Shown in pieces: positions 41,600 through 50,395 of a DNA stretch of 64,000 bases. A program made the translations under genes and the position numbers. The stretch lies in contig CAZAIK010000005.1 of the NCBI GenBank assembly GCA_964485195.1, positions 3,773 through 67,772 on the forward strand. The letters are read 5' to 3'. The notes beneath the pieces were generated by a model that saw nothing but the letters and a program-made list of their open reading frames with translations, searched no databases and was not told the origin of the DNA. How positions within the stretch are numbered: position 1 is the stretch's first letter; each line of letters starts with the position of its first letter. This stretch comes from an uncultured Methanosarcinales archaeon. Its GTDB lineage: Archaea > Nanobdellota > Nanobdellia > Woesearchaeales > CAIVOO01.

Positions 41600-41622
41600 A
41601 GGAGGTTTACTGAAGATTTGAT

Positions 41623-42048
41623 TTATAAATGTAATGCTCTTACCTGTTCTGGTGTTGTTCTGGCAAGGGCAAATGCCAGGTCTGTTTTTCCCAGGGAATA
41701 TTGCTTTTTCACCCTGTAAATATTCCTTATCCTCACTTCTGGGCCTTCATAAATGAACCAGCAGGGGTGTCCTTCTATCTGGCACAGGGAATAAGGCTTC
41801 AGTCCGCACTCAATAACAAGGGGGAAGCCCCCGTGCTTTCCTGATAATTCCACAGCCTGGCGGGCAGAACTTTTATGCCTTAACAGGGTTGTCTTGCTGT
41901 TCAGATTCAGCAGGAAAGGGTCTGCAACAAGCCAGATTTTCTCAGGGTTTTGAACTCCCTCAATCAGCCTCTTGTCAAGGGTTTCCTTATGCTGATTAAA
42001 TGCTTCAAGAAATGAAACTGAGTTTATGCCTGTGAAATATCTTGTCAT
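41623..42048 (-). CDS. Hypothetical protein
   Basis: 141-aa ORF. Confidence 0.55.
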   Translation of the reverse strand: MTRYFTGINSVSFLEAFNQHKETLDKRLIEGVQNPEKIWLVADPFLLNLNSKTTLLRHKSSARQAVELSGKHGGFPLVIECGLKPYSLCQIEGHPCWFIYEGPEVRIRNIYRVKKQYSLGKTDLAFALARTTPEQVRALHL

Positions 42049-42111
42049 TAAATGCCTGAATTGTCCCGGATTTTTAAAGTTTTAGTTTTTTGCTATTAGC
42101 ACGTGGTATCA

Positions 42112-42210
42112 AGCCCCTGGCGAGATTTGAACTCGCGACCTCTACCTTTTTGAAGCATTCAAACAAGTTTGAAATACCAAGGTAGCGCTCTACCGCTGAG
42201 CTACAGGGGC
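42112..42210 (-). tRNA. tRNA-Thr(GGT) with canonical 37/38 intron (42148-42174)
   Basis: GCCCCTG/CAGGGGC acceptor, CTACC/GGTAG anticodon stem, BHB central helix TTGG/TCAA. Confidence 0.95.
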
Positions 42211-42218
42211 AAATCGCA

Positions 42219-42345
42219 TTGCCGAATTGCGTGCGGGGGGCGGTAATAAAACCTCCTCCCACTTCAGATAAGAGCTTAGCTCTTATCAGCTCAACAGCAG
42301 GCGTAAAGCCTGCTCACGGCAACTCCTTCATAATCTGAAGGTTGC
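42219..42345 (-). ncRNA. Unidentified multi-hairpin structured element between two tRNAs
   Basis: Perfect stems AGCAGGC/GCCTGCT and GATAAGAGC/GCTCTTATC, a third imperfect stem and a closing helix; strand assumed from flanking tRNAs. Confidence 0.45.
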
Positions 42346-42354
42346 TGAGTTGTA

Positions 42355-42547
42355 TGCGGGGGGAGGGATTCGAACCCTCGGACCCACTAAGGGACAGGAT
42401 ATCTTAATCCATCTCCTATGATGGTTGTCCCATTTCTTAAGTCCTGCGCATTTAGTCCAAAACCGCAGGTTTTTGGCACTCTGCGATTCTTGTTGACCAG
42501 GCTTTGCTCTAAGGAAGGAAAAGCTCATGCTTGACCTTTACCCCCGC
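42355..42547 (-). tRNA. tRNA-Leu(TAA) with three introns (42509-42539 at 8/9; 42452-42492 in D-loop; 42401-42435 at 37/38)
   Basis: Spliced sequence GCGGGGGT|AGCAAAGCCTGGTCAA|ATGCGCAGGACTTAAG|ATCCTG..TTCGAATCCCTCCCCCCGCA; each intron has a 4-bp central helix and bulge geometry. Confidence 0.9.
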
Positions 42548-42549
42548 AG

Positions 42550-42941
42550 GCGCCTGGCTTCTTAGAAACTGGTTTTATGAGCTTTAAAAAGTTTTCTTTT
42601 TCCTTCCTTCTAACTTTCAAGCAGTAAATAGGCTTTCTGTTCTTTTTAATTTCAGGCTTAGGAAAAGTGTGAGTTATATTTAAATCATATAGAGTCTTAG
42701 CTACTTGCTTTATGCCAAGCAGGTTTGTTGAGAATATCCAAAATTTTTTATAAGTAACTTTTGAAAGTGCTCCACTAAAATTTTGTCTTTATTATAAAAT
42801 TCTATACCGGTTTATGGTTTTTGTAGAACCTCCTTTTGCCTTTATCTGTTCCCCAACTCGCCTCGTGATATAACACCCTTCAGCACACAGTAATCCAAGA
42901 ATTTCTGCAAAGGTTGGTGTTATTTTATTTGCGGGAGTCAT
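42550..42941 (-). pseudogene. Frameshifted LAGLIDADG homing endonuclease remnant
   Basis: FAEILGLLCAEGC motif, then IEFYNKDKILVEHFQKLL and KPIYCLKVRRKEKENFLKLIKP in other frames. Confidence 0.7.
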
Positions 42942-43012
42942 ATTTTTAATTACTCCCCACCAAATATAGGTAGGTTAAAACCCTTTAAGAATTTTTGCGT
43001 TATCCAAGAGGG

Positions 43013-43558
43013 TTACAAATAAGCCGGCAACGTGTTTTCCCTTTTCCTTGGCCGGACTGCCCTGTAGAATTTTTTCAGAGCCATTCCCGCACAGGCAAGT
43101 GCGCAGAACGCCAGCAGTGAACTTGGCAGTATGGCTGATTCCAGATGGTTTTCCCTGGTTTCCTTGTACAATGAATTCAGCCTGTTGTTTGTTTCAATCA
43201 GGACGGTGTTTGCAACATCCTGATAAACTTCATCATCCTTCCTGTACAAAGCCAGAAGGTCTGTTATGCGGGCCTGGTCAAGGAACACTGACTCAGCCCC
43301 CTTCTCGTCAAGATGCCCTGCAAGGTATCCCAGGTCTTTTTGCACTTCTCTCAACGAGTCCTTGTTTACCCTGGGCAGGTTCATTGAATAATTTACAGAG
43401 GACACAGCCTTCTTAAAGAATGCATTCTCTTCAGCAAATTTTTGGCTGTCGGCACTTGTCCTGCTGAATGCTGCGAAAACACTGGCTCCGCAAAGGCCGG
43501 CATATGCAGTTCCTTTCCATTTATTGGCCCGTTTTTGCTTTTCAGGTTCTGTTGACAT
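43013..43558 (-). CDS. Hypothetical protein with two terminal hydrophobic segments
   Basis: 181-aa ORF. Confidence 0.65.
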   Translation of the reverse strand: MSTEPEKQKRANKWKGTAYAGLCGASVFAAFSRTSADSQKFAEENAFFKKAVSSVNYSMNLPRVNKDSLREVQKDLGYLAGHLDEKGAESVFLDQARITDLLALYRKDDEVYQDVANTVLIETNNRLNSLYKETRENHLESAILPSSLLAFCALACAGMALKKFYRAVRPRKRENTLPAYL

Positions 43559-43615
43559 AAGCTCGCTTTAATCATAAAATATCAAATATAAAAAGGTTTC
43601 CTTGTTTTTAAGAAA

Positions 43616-45034
43616 TTATTTTCTTTTCCTCTTCTTGGCAGTTTTTGCCGCTGTTCCCGTCTTTTTGGCTTTTGGCTTTATTTTCTCTTCCTTTACCAGC
43701 TTCTTGTAGAAATCACTTTTCTCCCAGACGGGCTTGTATAATCTTCTGACTTCCCTTGAATACTCATCTATTGCCTTTCTTACTTTGGTGTCTGCAATTG
43801 GGTCATCTGCTCCCGGATGGGTAAGCTTGAGTTTGTGCTCTTTCATCATCTCCCTGCTCACCTCTGGGTGGTCTATCCACTGGCAGGGCAGGAACTGGTT
43901 CTCGTGATAGGGCTGCCTCGCTCTCAGCCCCTTGAAATAATCAGAATTCACAACATCCCTCAATGACTTGTTCTTTATGTTGTCAACTGTCATGTGCGTG
44001 AATATGCAGGGCTCTATGTCGCCCTTGCAGGTTATGTGCACATACTCCCTGCCTGCAATGCATCCACCTACCCAGGGAGCGTCGTTCCAGAAATCTATTA
44101 TGAAAAGGGGTTTTGTTTTTCTTATCTCCACATCCCTCCTGTAAAGATGAAGCCTTTGCTTGGGGGTAGGCATAAGTTTTGGGTCCGGCCTGGCGCCCAC
44201 AGGCATATACAGGAAGAACCATCCCAAATATGCCCCTTTCTCTATCATGAAATCTATGAATTCATCGCTGCTGACCTGCTCCGCATTTTTCCTGGTCACT
44301 GCCACTGAGAAGCCGAAAGGTATTCTGTATTTTTTCAGTATGTCCATTGCCTTCATTATTTTTTTGTAGGTGCCTTTGCCCCTCCTTTCATCTGTTTTCT
44401 CCTCATAGCCCTCAATGCTCAGGATTGGAATCGCGTTGCCTGTCTTTAGAAGTTTTTTTGCTGTTTCCTCTGTTATTAATGTGCTGTTGGTGTAAACCTG
44501 AAAAAAGGCGTCCTTGTGCTCCTTCAATATGTCAAAAAGATGCGGCCACACAAAAGGCTCCCCTCCGAGGAAGGTGTAAAATGAAACCCCCATTTGCTTG
44601 CCTTCTGAAACTATCCTGTCCACCAGCTCAAAAGACAGATCATCTTTCCTTGTGTATTCGCTTGCATAGCAACCTATGCAGTTGAGATTGCATCTCATTG
44701 TGGGACTTATAAGAACAGTTGTGGGAACAGTCCCTCCTTCTTGCTGCTCCTTGTCTTTCTTTTTTGAGTTCAATATCAGGCCCTGCACCACAAGGTTCTC
44801 AATTATCTTTTTCTTGTAGAGGGGATGGACATTTTCTATCAGGCGCCTTATGAACTTGTAGCCTGCAGTATTGTCCTCAATCATTGACCTTACTGCCTTA
44901 ACAGCATCCTTGCTGGCCTGGTTGCCAAATTTTTCAAGAAAATGAGTTATTTTTATCAGCCTGGCATCAGAAAGGTTAGTCGCCTTCTGCAATAAAGTGC
45001 ATATTGCCTTTTTCTTCACAGCATTAATGACCAT
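43616..45034 (-). CDS. Radical SAM protein with SPASM/twitch domain
   Basis: CNLNCIGCY, GGEP, GGCIAG..EPCIF. Confidence 0.92.
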   Translation of the reverse strand: MVINAVKKKAICTLLQKATNLSDARLIKITHFLEKFGNQASKDAVKAVRSMIEDNTAGYKFIRRLIENVHPLYKKKIIENLVVQGLILNSKKKDKEQQEGGTVPTTVLISPTMRCNLNCIGCYASEYTRKDDLSFELVDRIVSEGKQMGVSFYTFLGGEPFVWPHLFDILKEHKDAFFQVYTNSTLITEETAKKLLKTGNAIPILSIEGYEEKTDERRGKGTYKKIMKAMDILKKYRIPFGFSVAVTRKNAEQVSSDEFIDFMIEKGAYLGWFFLYMPVGARPDPKLMPTPKQRLHLYRRDVEIRKTKPLFIIDFWNDAPWVGGCIAGREYVHITCKGDIEPCIFTHMTVDNIKNKSLRDVVNSDYFKGLRARQPYHENQFLPCQWIDHPEVSREMMKEHKLKLTHPGADDPIADTKVRKAIDEYSREVRRLYKPVWEKSDFYKKLVKEEKIKPKAKKTGTAAKTAKKRKRK

Positions 45035-45117
45035 TTTTAAGTCCAACCCTTGAAATAAAAATCTAAAGTTCCTTTTTAAGCTTGTTGGTTTCAAAATATA
45101 TACTGTTTATACTCTGG

Positions 45118-45618
45118 CTATTGGTACTTGTAAAGGTTGAGAAAGGACTTGGCCTGTGTTACAAGGTCATTCATCTCCTGTTTCAGCTTGCCTGCGAACT
45201 TGCCGGTGTAAATTTTATAGATGTACTTGTCAACAAGCACTCTCAGGAAATATATTCCGGGCCTTGTGTGCCACGCCTCTTCATAATCGCTTATAAGCCA
45301 GGATTCGAAGTTGATTGAAACCTTGCCTTCATTTATGTTCTTTTTTTCGTCATCCACCTCTATGACAATGTCCTTGACATTCTCCATAATCATGTCTATC
45401 TTTACGACAAACTTCACGTAGTCTGTTTCTTTCCTGTAGGGCTCAAGATGCAGCTCTATGTACTTGCCCTCGGGCTTGACAAATTCAACGCTTTCCTTTT
45501 CTGTCTTGTCATAATTGTTTTTCTTCTGCCAGTCGTCCAGGATCTTGTATAATTCATAAACATCAAAGATCCCTTCATATTGCACTGATGTTGAGCCTAC
45601 TTCCTGTTTCTCTGCCAT
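45118..45618 (-). CDS. Hypothetical protein, paralog of neighbour
   Basis: Shares YxGxFD..LY....W....Y pattern with 45622-46140. Confidence 0.8.
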   Translation of the reverse strand: MAEKQEVGSTSVQYEGIFDVYELYKILDDWQKKNNYDKTEKESVEFVKPEGKYIELHLEPYRKETDYVKFVVKIDMIMENVKDIVIEVDDEKKNINEGKVSINFESWLISDYEEAWHTRPGIYFLRVLVDKYIYKIYTGKFAGKLKQEMNDLVTQAKSFLNLYKYQ

Positions 45619-45621
45619 TTT

Positions 45622-46140
45622 TCACCACGCCGAATAACTGCATTCCATACCCAGGGCCTTTTTGATAGTGGTATGAAGATTGTAAGTTTCTGCCACTAAT
45701 GAGCCTGCCCAGTCCAGTACCATCTTCTTGTACAAAAACGTGTAAACCATCATGTTAAACAATCTCACCCAAAATTCCGACTTGTCATACTTGGAGCTGT
45801 AGTCCATCTGCAAGGTCCACGATAATGTTATTCTGAGCCTTCCTTTATTTAGCTTTTGCTTTTTGCCTTCCTTCATCACTTCCTGTTCTGTGACGTCCCA
45901 GCCTTTGAACAGCACTTCAATTTTGTTCTTCCTGAATTCTGTGACTTTCTTTGAGCCTTTCAGCGACAGCTCTATCTCCACTCCCTTGGGAGTCATTTTG
46001 TGCTTGTAGGTTTCCTGCACTTCATAGCGCTTGCTCTTTAGCCAGTTGTAAATAGAAAGGTATACCTTTTCATAATCAAACTCTCCTGCATATAATATCT
46101 CACCTATTTTTTCACCTACAGAATCCTTTCTCTTGACCAT
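45622..46140 (-). CDS. Hypothetical protein, paralog of neighbour
   Basis: YAGEFDYEKVY...WL...Y, KKVTEF, LNKG..DY. Confidence 0.8.
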   Translation of the reverse strand: MVKRKDSVGEKIGEILYAGEFDYEKVYLSIYNWLKSKRYEVQETYKHKMTPKGVEIELSLKGSKKVTEFRKNKIEVLFKGWDVTEQEVMKEGKKQKLNKGRLRITLSWTLQMDYSSKYDKSEFWVRLFNMMVYTFLYKKMVLDWAGSLVAETYNLHTTIKKALGMECSYSAW

Positions 46141-46212
46141 TGCTGTTTTTAAATGTAAATTTGTTTATAAAAGTTTCTCAAACTAAATTATATAAATAAG
46201 TACTATTTTGCA

Positions 46213-46806
46213 GTGGGAATGAACATTTATCTTGTCTGCCCTGTGAGGGGAGTAAGTGAAGAAGAAGCATCTTTTCTGGATAGGCAAGTAGCTCTTATGG
46301 AGGATTTGGGGCACAAAGTCCATTATCCCCCAAGGGATGTTGACCAAAGCGACCCTGTGGGAACTGAAATTGTTTACTCCCATAAGAATGCAATGAAAGA
46401 ATCTGACTTGGTCAAAATATTCTATAACCCTTCAAGCAATGGTTCATGCTTTGATTTGGGGATGGCAATAATGGCTCAAAAGCCGTTGCAGGTGATTGGA
46501 AACCTTGCAGCACAGCCTCTTGATGGCATCGCAATGCTTATTGCAGAATATTCTGGCAGGAGGCCAAGAGTGTCAAATCTTTTTAATGACATTGTTAAGA
46601 GAAAAAGGGAAATAGAGGAAAGCAATTTTATTCAATATAAATCTTGGGACAGCAAAAATCCTTTCTTGCTGCTTGATTTGGGAATGATAATTATGGCAGG
46701 CACTCCGCTGCTGCTTAAAGAAGGGCATAATATCCAGCCAACAGAGGGAAAAAGCTTTGACAATGTTGTGCTCAGACTGAATGAAAAGTTTGGTTGTGGT
46801 CATTAA
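46213..46806 (+). CDS. Nucleoside 2-deoxyribosyltransferase-like protein with internal duplication
   Basis: IYLVCPVR, VHYPPRD, GSCFDLGMA; second copy LDLGMI. Confidence 0.7.
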   Translation: MGMNIYLVCPVRGVSEEEASFLDRQVALMEDLGHKVHYPPRDVDQSDPVGTEIVYSHKNAMKESDLVKIFYNPSSNGSCFDLGMAIMAQKPLQVIGNLAAQPLDGIAMLIAEYSGRRPRVSNLFNDIVKRKREIEESNFIQYKSWDSKNPFLLLDLGMIIMAGTPLLLKEGHNIQPTEGKSFDNVVLRLNEKFGCGH

Positions 46807-47252
46807 TAATTTAAGCTTGCTTTTCTCTCCCACTCCCTTAATTCTATCTTGTCAGCAAGAATGTCAAAAAGGTTTGGCTGCAGTTTCAGTATGTCCTTTC
46901 CTGTCAAGAAACCAACCATGGTTTTCTTGTTCATCACAGGCAGGTGCCTTACATTCTTCTCTCCCATTATCTGGATTGCTTCTGAAATGTCCTTTTCCGG
47001 CCTGATGGTTGGGAATTTTTTCTCCATAATCTCGCTTGCCAGCAGTTTTGAAGGCTCCAGTTTTGGCGCGATGACTTTCCTTACTATGTCTTTTTCAGTC
47101 AGCAAGCCAACCAGCCTGTTTGCCTTCTTGACAATGAGGGAGCCAACGTGATTTTCAGCCATTATCCTTGCGCATTCAACGATGGACGTATCGTGCTCCA
47201 CAGAAATAGGGCGCTGGGTCATTGCATCGCAGACACGATAGCCGGTGTTCAT
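46803..47252 (-). CDS. CBS domain protein
   Basis: Two CBS repeats (VGLLTEKDI; RHLPV..VGFLTGKDI). Confidence 0.92.
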   Translation of the reverse strand: MNTGYRVCDAMTQRPISVEHDTSIVECARIMAENHVGSLIVKKANRLVGLLTEKDIVRKVIAPKLEPSKLLASEIMEKKFPTIRPEKDISEAIQIMGEKNVRHLPVMNKKTMVGFLTGKDILKLQPNLFDILADKIELREWERKASLNY

Positions 47253-47300
47253 CGCTTGAAACAAATTAATTCGTTTTAAATAGCTTGCGCATATAGTGTA

Positions 47301-47708
47301 TTAAGATTTTAATTCAGGGCAGGCATCTTCCAGCACTTCTTCAAGTGCTTTCGAATTGTCATAAGGAATCCTGAGAAAACCCTGGTCAGGTCTTGAGAAC
47401 ATCCTGATCGTAGCCTCGTGCTCATTCCCAACTGAGATGTTGGGATTTTTCCTGAGCTCCATCATCTTGGCATAATCCATCAACCTTGCCCAGAAATAAG
47501 CTTCGCTGTCAGGACTGATGCCTGGATAGCCCTGAACGTGCATAACCTGTGAAAAGTTGTTTGCAAGCCTGTAAAAGGCGTGGACATCATTGCCCTGATA
47601 AATTTCCACATCAGAAACAAATCTTTTTTCCTGGAAATATTTCCCAACCTTCTCCAGCATATCTGTTATTTTTTCCCTTTTTGTTTCTTTTCCAAGGCCG
47701 TCCTGCAT
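47301..47708 (-). CDS. Hypothetical protein
   Basis: 135-aa ORF. Confidence 0.6.
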   Translation of the reverse strand: MQDGLGKETKREKITDMLEKVGKYFQEKRFVSDVEIYQGNDVHAFYRLANNFSQVMHVQGYPGISPDSEAYFWARLMDYAKMMELRKNPNISVGNEHEATIRMFSRPDQGFLRIPYDNSKALEEVLEDACPELKS

Positions 47709-47803
47709 TTTAATTTGCTATAAAAAATAAAAGCTTATAAATTTGCTGTTTTGTTACCATTTTAAAGAGAAAAACTTTTAAACTCAGTAATATTATTTTT
47801 GGT

Positions 47804-48409
47804 ATGCTGAGAATAAACAATAATGTTAAGGGAGTGGTGACAGAGCTTGAGGCTGTCCAGGGCACAGGCGATATCAGGCTGGTTCAGAAGCCTGTTGAAG
47901 AGGAAGCTGACCAGGACAGGAGGATTATCGCGGACTATTCCTACAGGCCAACCCTTTTCTCGCATCTATGGATATTTCTTGCACAGCAGAGCATTCCAAT
48001 TCCCTACAGGGACAGCTGGGAGGAAAAAGTTTACAATGGGAATTTTGAGGAAGGGAGAGCCGGAAACCTGGATGCTGTAACAAGGTTTGAGCTTGAGCAG
48101 ACTTGCGAGGGAGAAATTCCCTTGCTTAAAGGAAAGGAAAATGAGGTAACTGAAAGAATTTTTGCTGCCTGCAACCAGCTTCCCATCGGGGACAACCTGG
48201 AAAAGGGGAAATCATTTTATCCTTTCATATCAGATTCCTGCAATCTCTCCTACTTCTCAACAAGGCTCGGAAAAGAGGTTATAACACTCGGAAAAAGGGA
48301 GGTTCTTGGATTTTTTGAGCAGACAATCCTTGACATGTTTGAGCACAGGGGACACGACTCTGTGGCAGGCATTCTATACAAGAATTTCAAGTACGACAAG
48401 TTTCAGTAA
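47804..48409 (+). CDS. Hypothetical protein
   Basis: 201-aa ORF. Confidence 0.65.
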   Translation: MLRINNNVKGVVTELEAVQGTGDIRLVQKPVEEEADQDRRIIADYSYRPTLFSHLWIFLAQQSIPIPYRDSWEEKVYNGNFEEGRAGNLDAVTRFELEQTCEGEIPLLKGKENEVTERIFAACNQLPIGDNLEKGKSFYPFISDSCNLSYFSTRLGKEVITLGKREVLGFFEQTILDMFEHRGHDSVAGILYKNFKYDKFQ

Positions 48410-50292
48410 TTGACAAGAATCTCAACATTCTCCCCGAATATTTCCTTCATATCCTCAAAAAGCCTTTCTTTTATGAATACCTTTGGCGGCATTTGCATTT
48501 TCATCATGGCATTCTCAAATTCCTCATAAGATGAGCTTTTGATGTTTGATATTCCGCCTTCCTTGGTTATGGAAGCCTTCTGCACCTTCTTTTCCTTCGC
48601 ATCCAGGTCCTCGATAATGTAAGCATTCTCGTCAAGGATGACTACCTCTCCGTATTTTCCGCCGTACTTAACCCTTATCCTTGCCCTTTCCAGCTCCCTG
48701 CCTCTTTTTCTCTGGATGTATTCTATCATCTCCCTGATGAAGGGGCTTGCTGATTTTCTTACTTTTTGTATGTCTGTCTTTGTCAGTTTCTTGGAATCAT
48801 AGTCTTTCTTTGCCTTTAGCAAGTCCTTGAAGCTTCTCAATAGTCTTTCCTGCAGTTTGCCTGTCTCCACCAGCGCGTTCTTGAACATATTTGCAAGCTC
48901 CCCGTCCTTCACTCTCTCTATGCCTTCAAGCCTCAGCGCATCTCTCACCAGTGAGGTTGCAGTGTCATAAACCTGCACAACATTTTCAGCCTCCTTTCTC
49001 TTTTCTATTTCAGAAAACAATTTCTTAAGCCTGGAGAGGTATTTGTCCGCGTCGGACAACAGCTGGTCTATCTCCTTTCCTGAAATATTCTTCTTTGTCC
49101 CGTGCTCCACTGACTTCCTTATCTTGATGACTTTCTCAAGTATGTTTACATAGGACTCCTCAAACAGCTTCTCTTTCTGGACAAATATTTCCCTCAGCAG
49201 CCTGGGAGTTTCATTGGGGGTTGGAGGCGGAATGCCGTGCATCATAAGAGCGGCCTGCGACGGGGTGAGCAAAGCGTAAAACAGGTCTTCTATCCCAATA
49301 TCATTCAGCTTCAGCTGTATCCTCTTAACCAGCTGTTCGCCTGAACTTAAGTACATCTCAATGGCTTCTGAAGAGGGCTTTATCCTGCCCATTTTCAGCA
49401 GCTGTTTCCAGGGCATAAATATTCCCCTGTCATAAAATGGAATGCCATCCCTGAGGAAGGTGAATATTACAGGGTGTGCCTCTTTTATTGAGTCCCAGAA
49501 ATCCGTCAATATGTAAACCTGTATGTTAATCTTGTTTTTTATGCCTGTCAGCTCTCCTGCCTTGACTCCCATTCCTATTATTATGGCCCTGAGCTTGTCT
49601 TTCAGCTCAGCCCTGGTCATCTTCTTGACGTCAGTATCGTCAATTACTATGAAAACGTCTACGTCTGATTCAGGCGTTGCCTTGCCCTGGACGAGGGAGC
49701 CTGCAAGAACATACGCCACAATGTATTTCTCGAACTTTTCCAGGACCATCCTCTTGTGGACTTCGGCAATCTTGATTGCTGAAAGCATTCCCTTGTCATA
49801 AACAGGCGCGGAGTTTGCAATGGTTCTCAGCAGGTCATATTTTGCATCATAGCACGACTGCCAGACCTCTGAAAGAAGCAGGGGCTGGGGTGCAAACTTC
49901 TTGTCAATATCGTCAGCAACCTTATTCATTATCGTTGTAAGCTTCTGTATAAGTTCCTGCTTGCTTATTTTTGAGTCAGTGTCATCAACAAGGACAAGTA
50001 TGTTTATCTTTTCCTTTGCTTTTTTTGCAGCTTCTTCCCCTTCGTGCTTTTTTACCTCTTCCTGCTCTTTTTCAGTAAGGGGAGGCAGCAGGGAAACGCC
50101 CATAATGTATTTGCCGAACTTTTTGTTGACTTCCTTGGAAAATTTGTCCAGCTTTTCCCTTATCTGCTTCAGCTTGTCCTGCACTTCCTTGGGAACGCCT
50201 GCCTTCTCCAGAGTTTCAGCGGGCAGTTCCTTGCTTAAGGTGTCCTTAAGCTCTGATTCCGAGGATTTTTCTTCTTTTTTGGGTTTGGCCAT
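48403..50292 (-). CDS. Protein with tandem nucleotidyltransferase domains and a HEPN-like region
   Basis: GSLVQG..SDVDVFIVIDD intact; upstream degenerate copy INILVLVDD; helical DLFYA..QAALM region. Confidence 0.85.
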   Translation of the reverse strand: MAKPKKEEKSSESELKDTLSKELPAETLEKAGVPKEVQDKLKQIREKLDKFSKEVNKKFGKYIMGVSLLPPLTEKEQEEVKKHEGEEAAKKAKEKINILVLVDDTDSKISKQELIQKLTTIMNKVADDIDKKFAPQPLLLSEVWQSCYDAKYDLLRTIANSAPVYDKGMLSAIKIAEVHKRMVLEKFEKYIVAYVLAGSLVQGKATPESDVDVFIVIDDTDVKKMTRAELKDKLRAIIIGMGVKAGELTGIKNKINIQVYILTDFWDSIKEAHPVIFTFLRDGIPFYDRGIFMPWKQLLKMGRIKPSSEAIEMYLSSGEQLVKRIQLKLNDIGIEDLFYALLTPSQAALMMHGIPPPTPNETPRLLREIFVQKEKLFEESYVNILEKVIKIRKSVEHGTKKNISGKEIDQLLSDADKYLSRLKKLFSEIEKRKEAENVVQVYDTATSLVRDALRLEGIERVKDGELANMFKNALVETGKLQERLLRSFKDLLKAKKDYDSKKLTKTDIQKVRKSASPFIREMIEYIQRKRGRELERARIRVKYGGKYGEVVILDENAYIIEDLDAKEKKVQKASITKEGGISNIKSSSYEEFENAMMKMQMPPKVFIKERLFEDMKEIFGENVEILVNY

Positions 50293-50395
50293 ATCTTGGA
50301 AAGATTGGCTGATCTTTATAAAAGTTTTGGCGCTAGTTAATGTGTTCTGCGCAAAACCTTAAAATTTAAAAACACAGGGAGCTAATGAGTGAATA

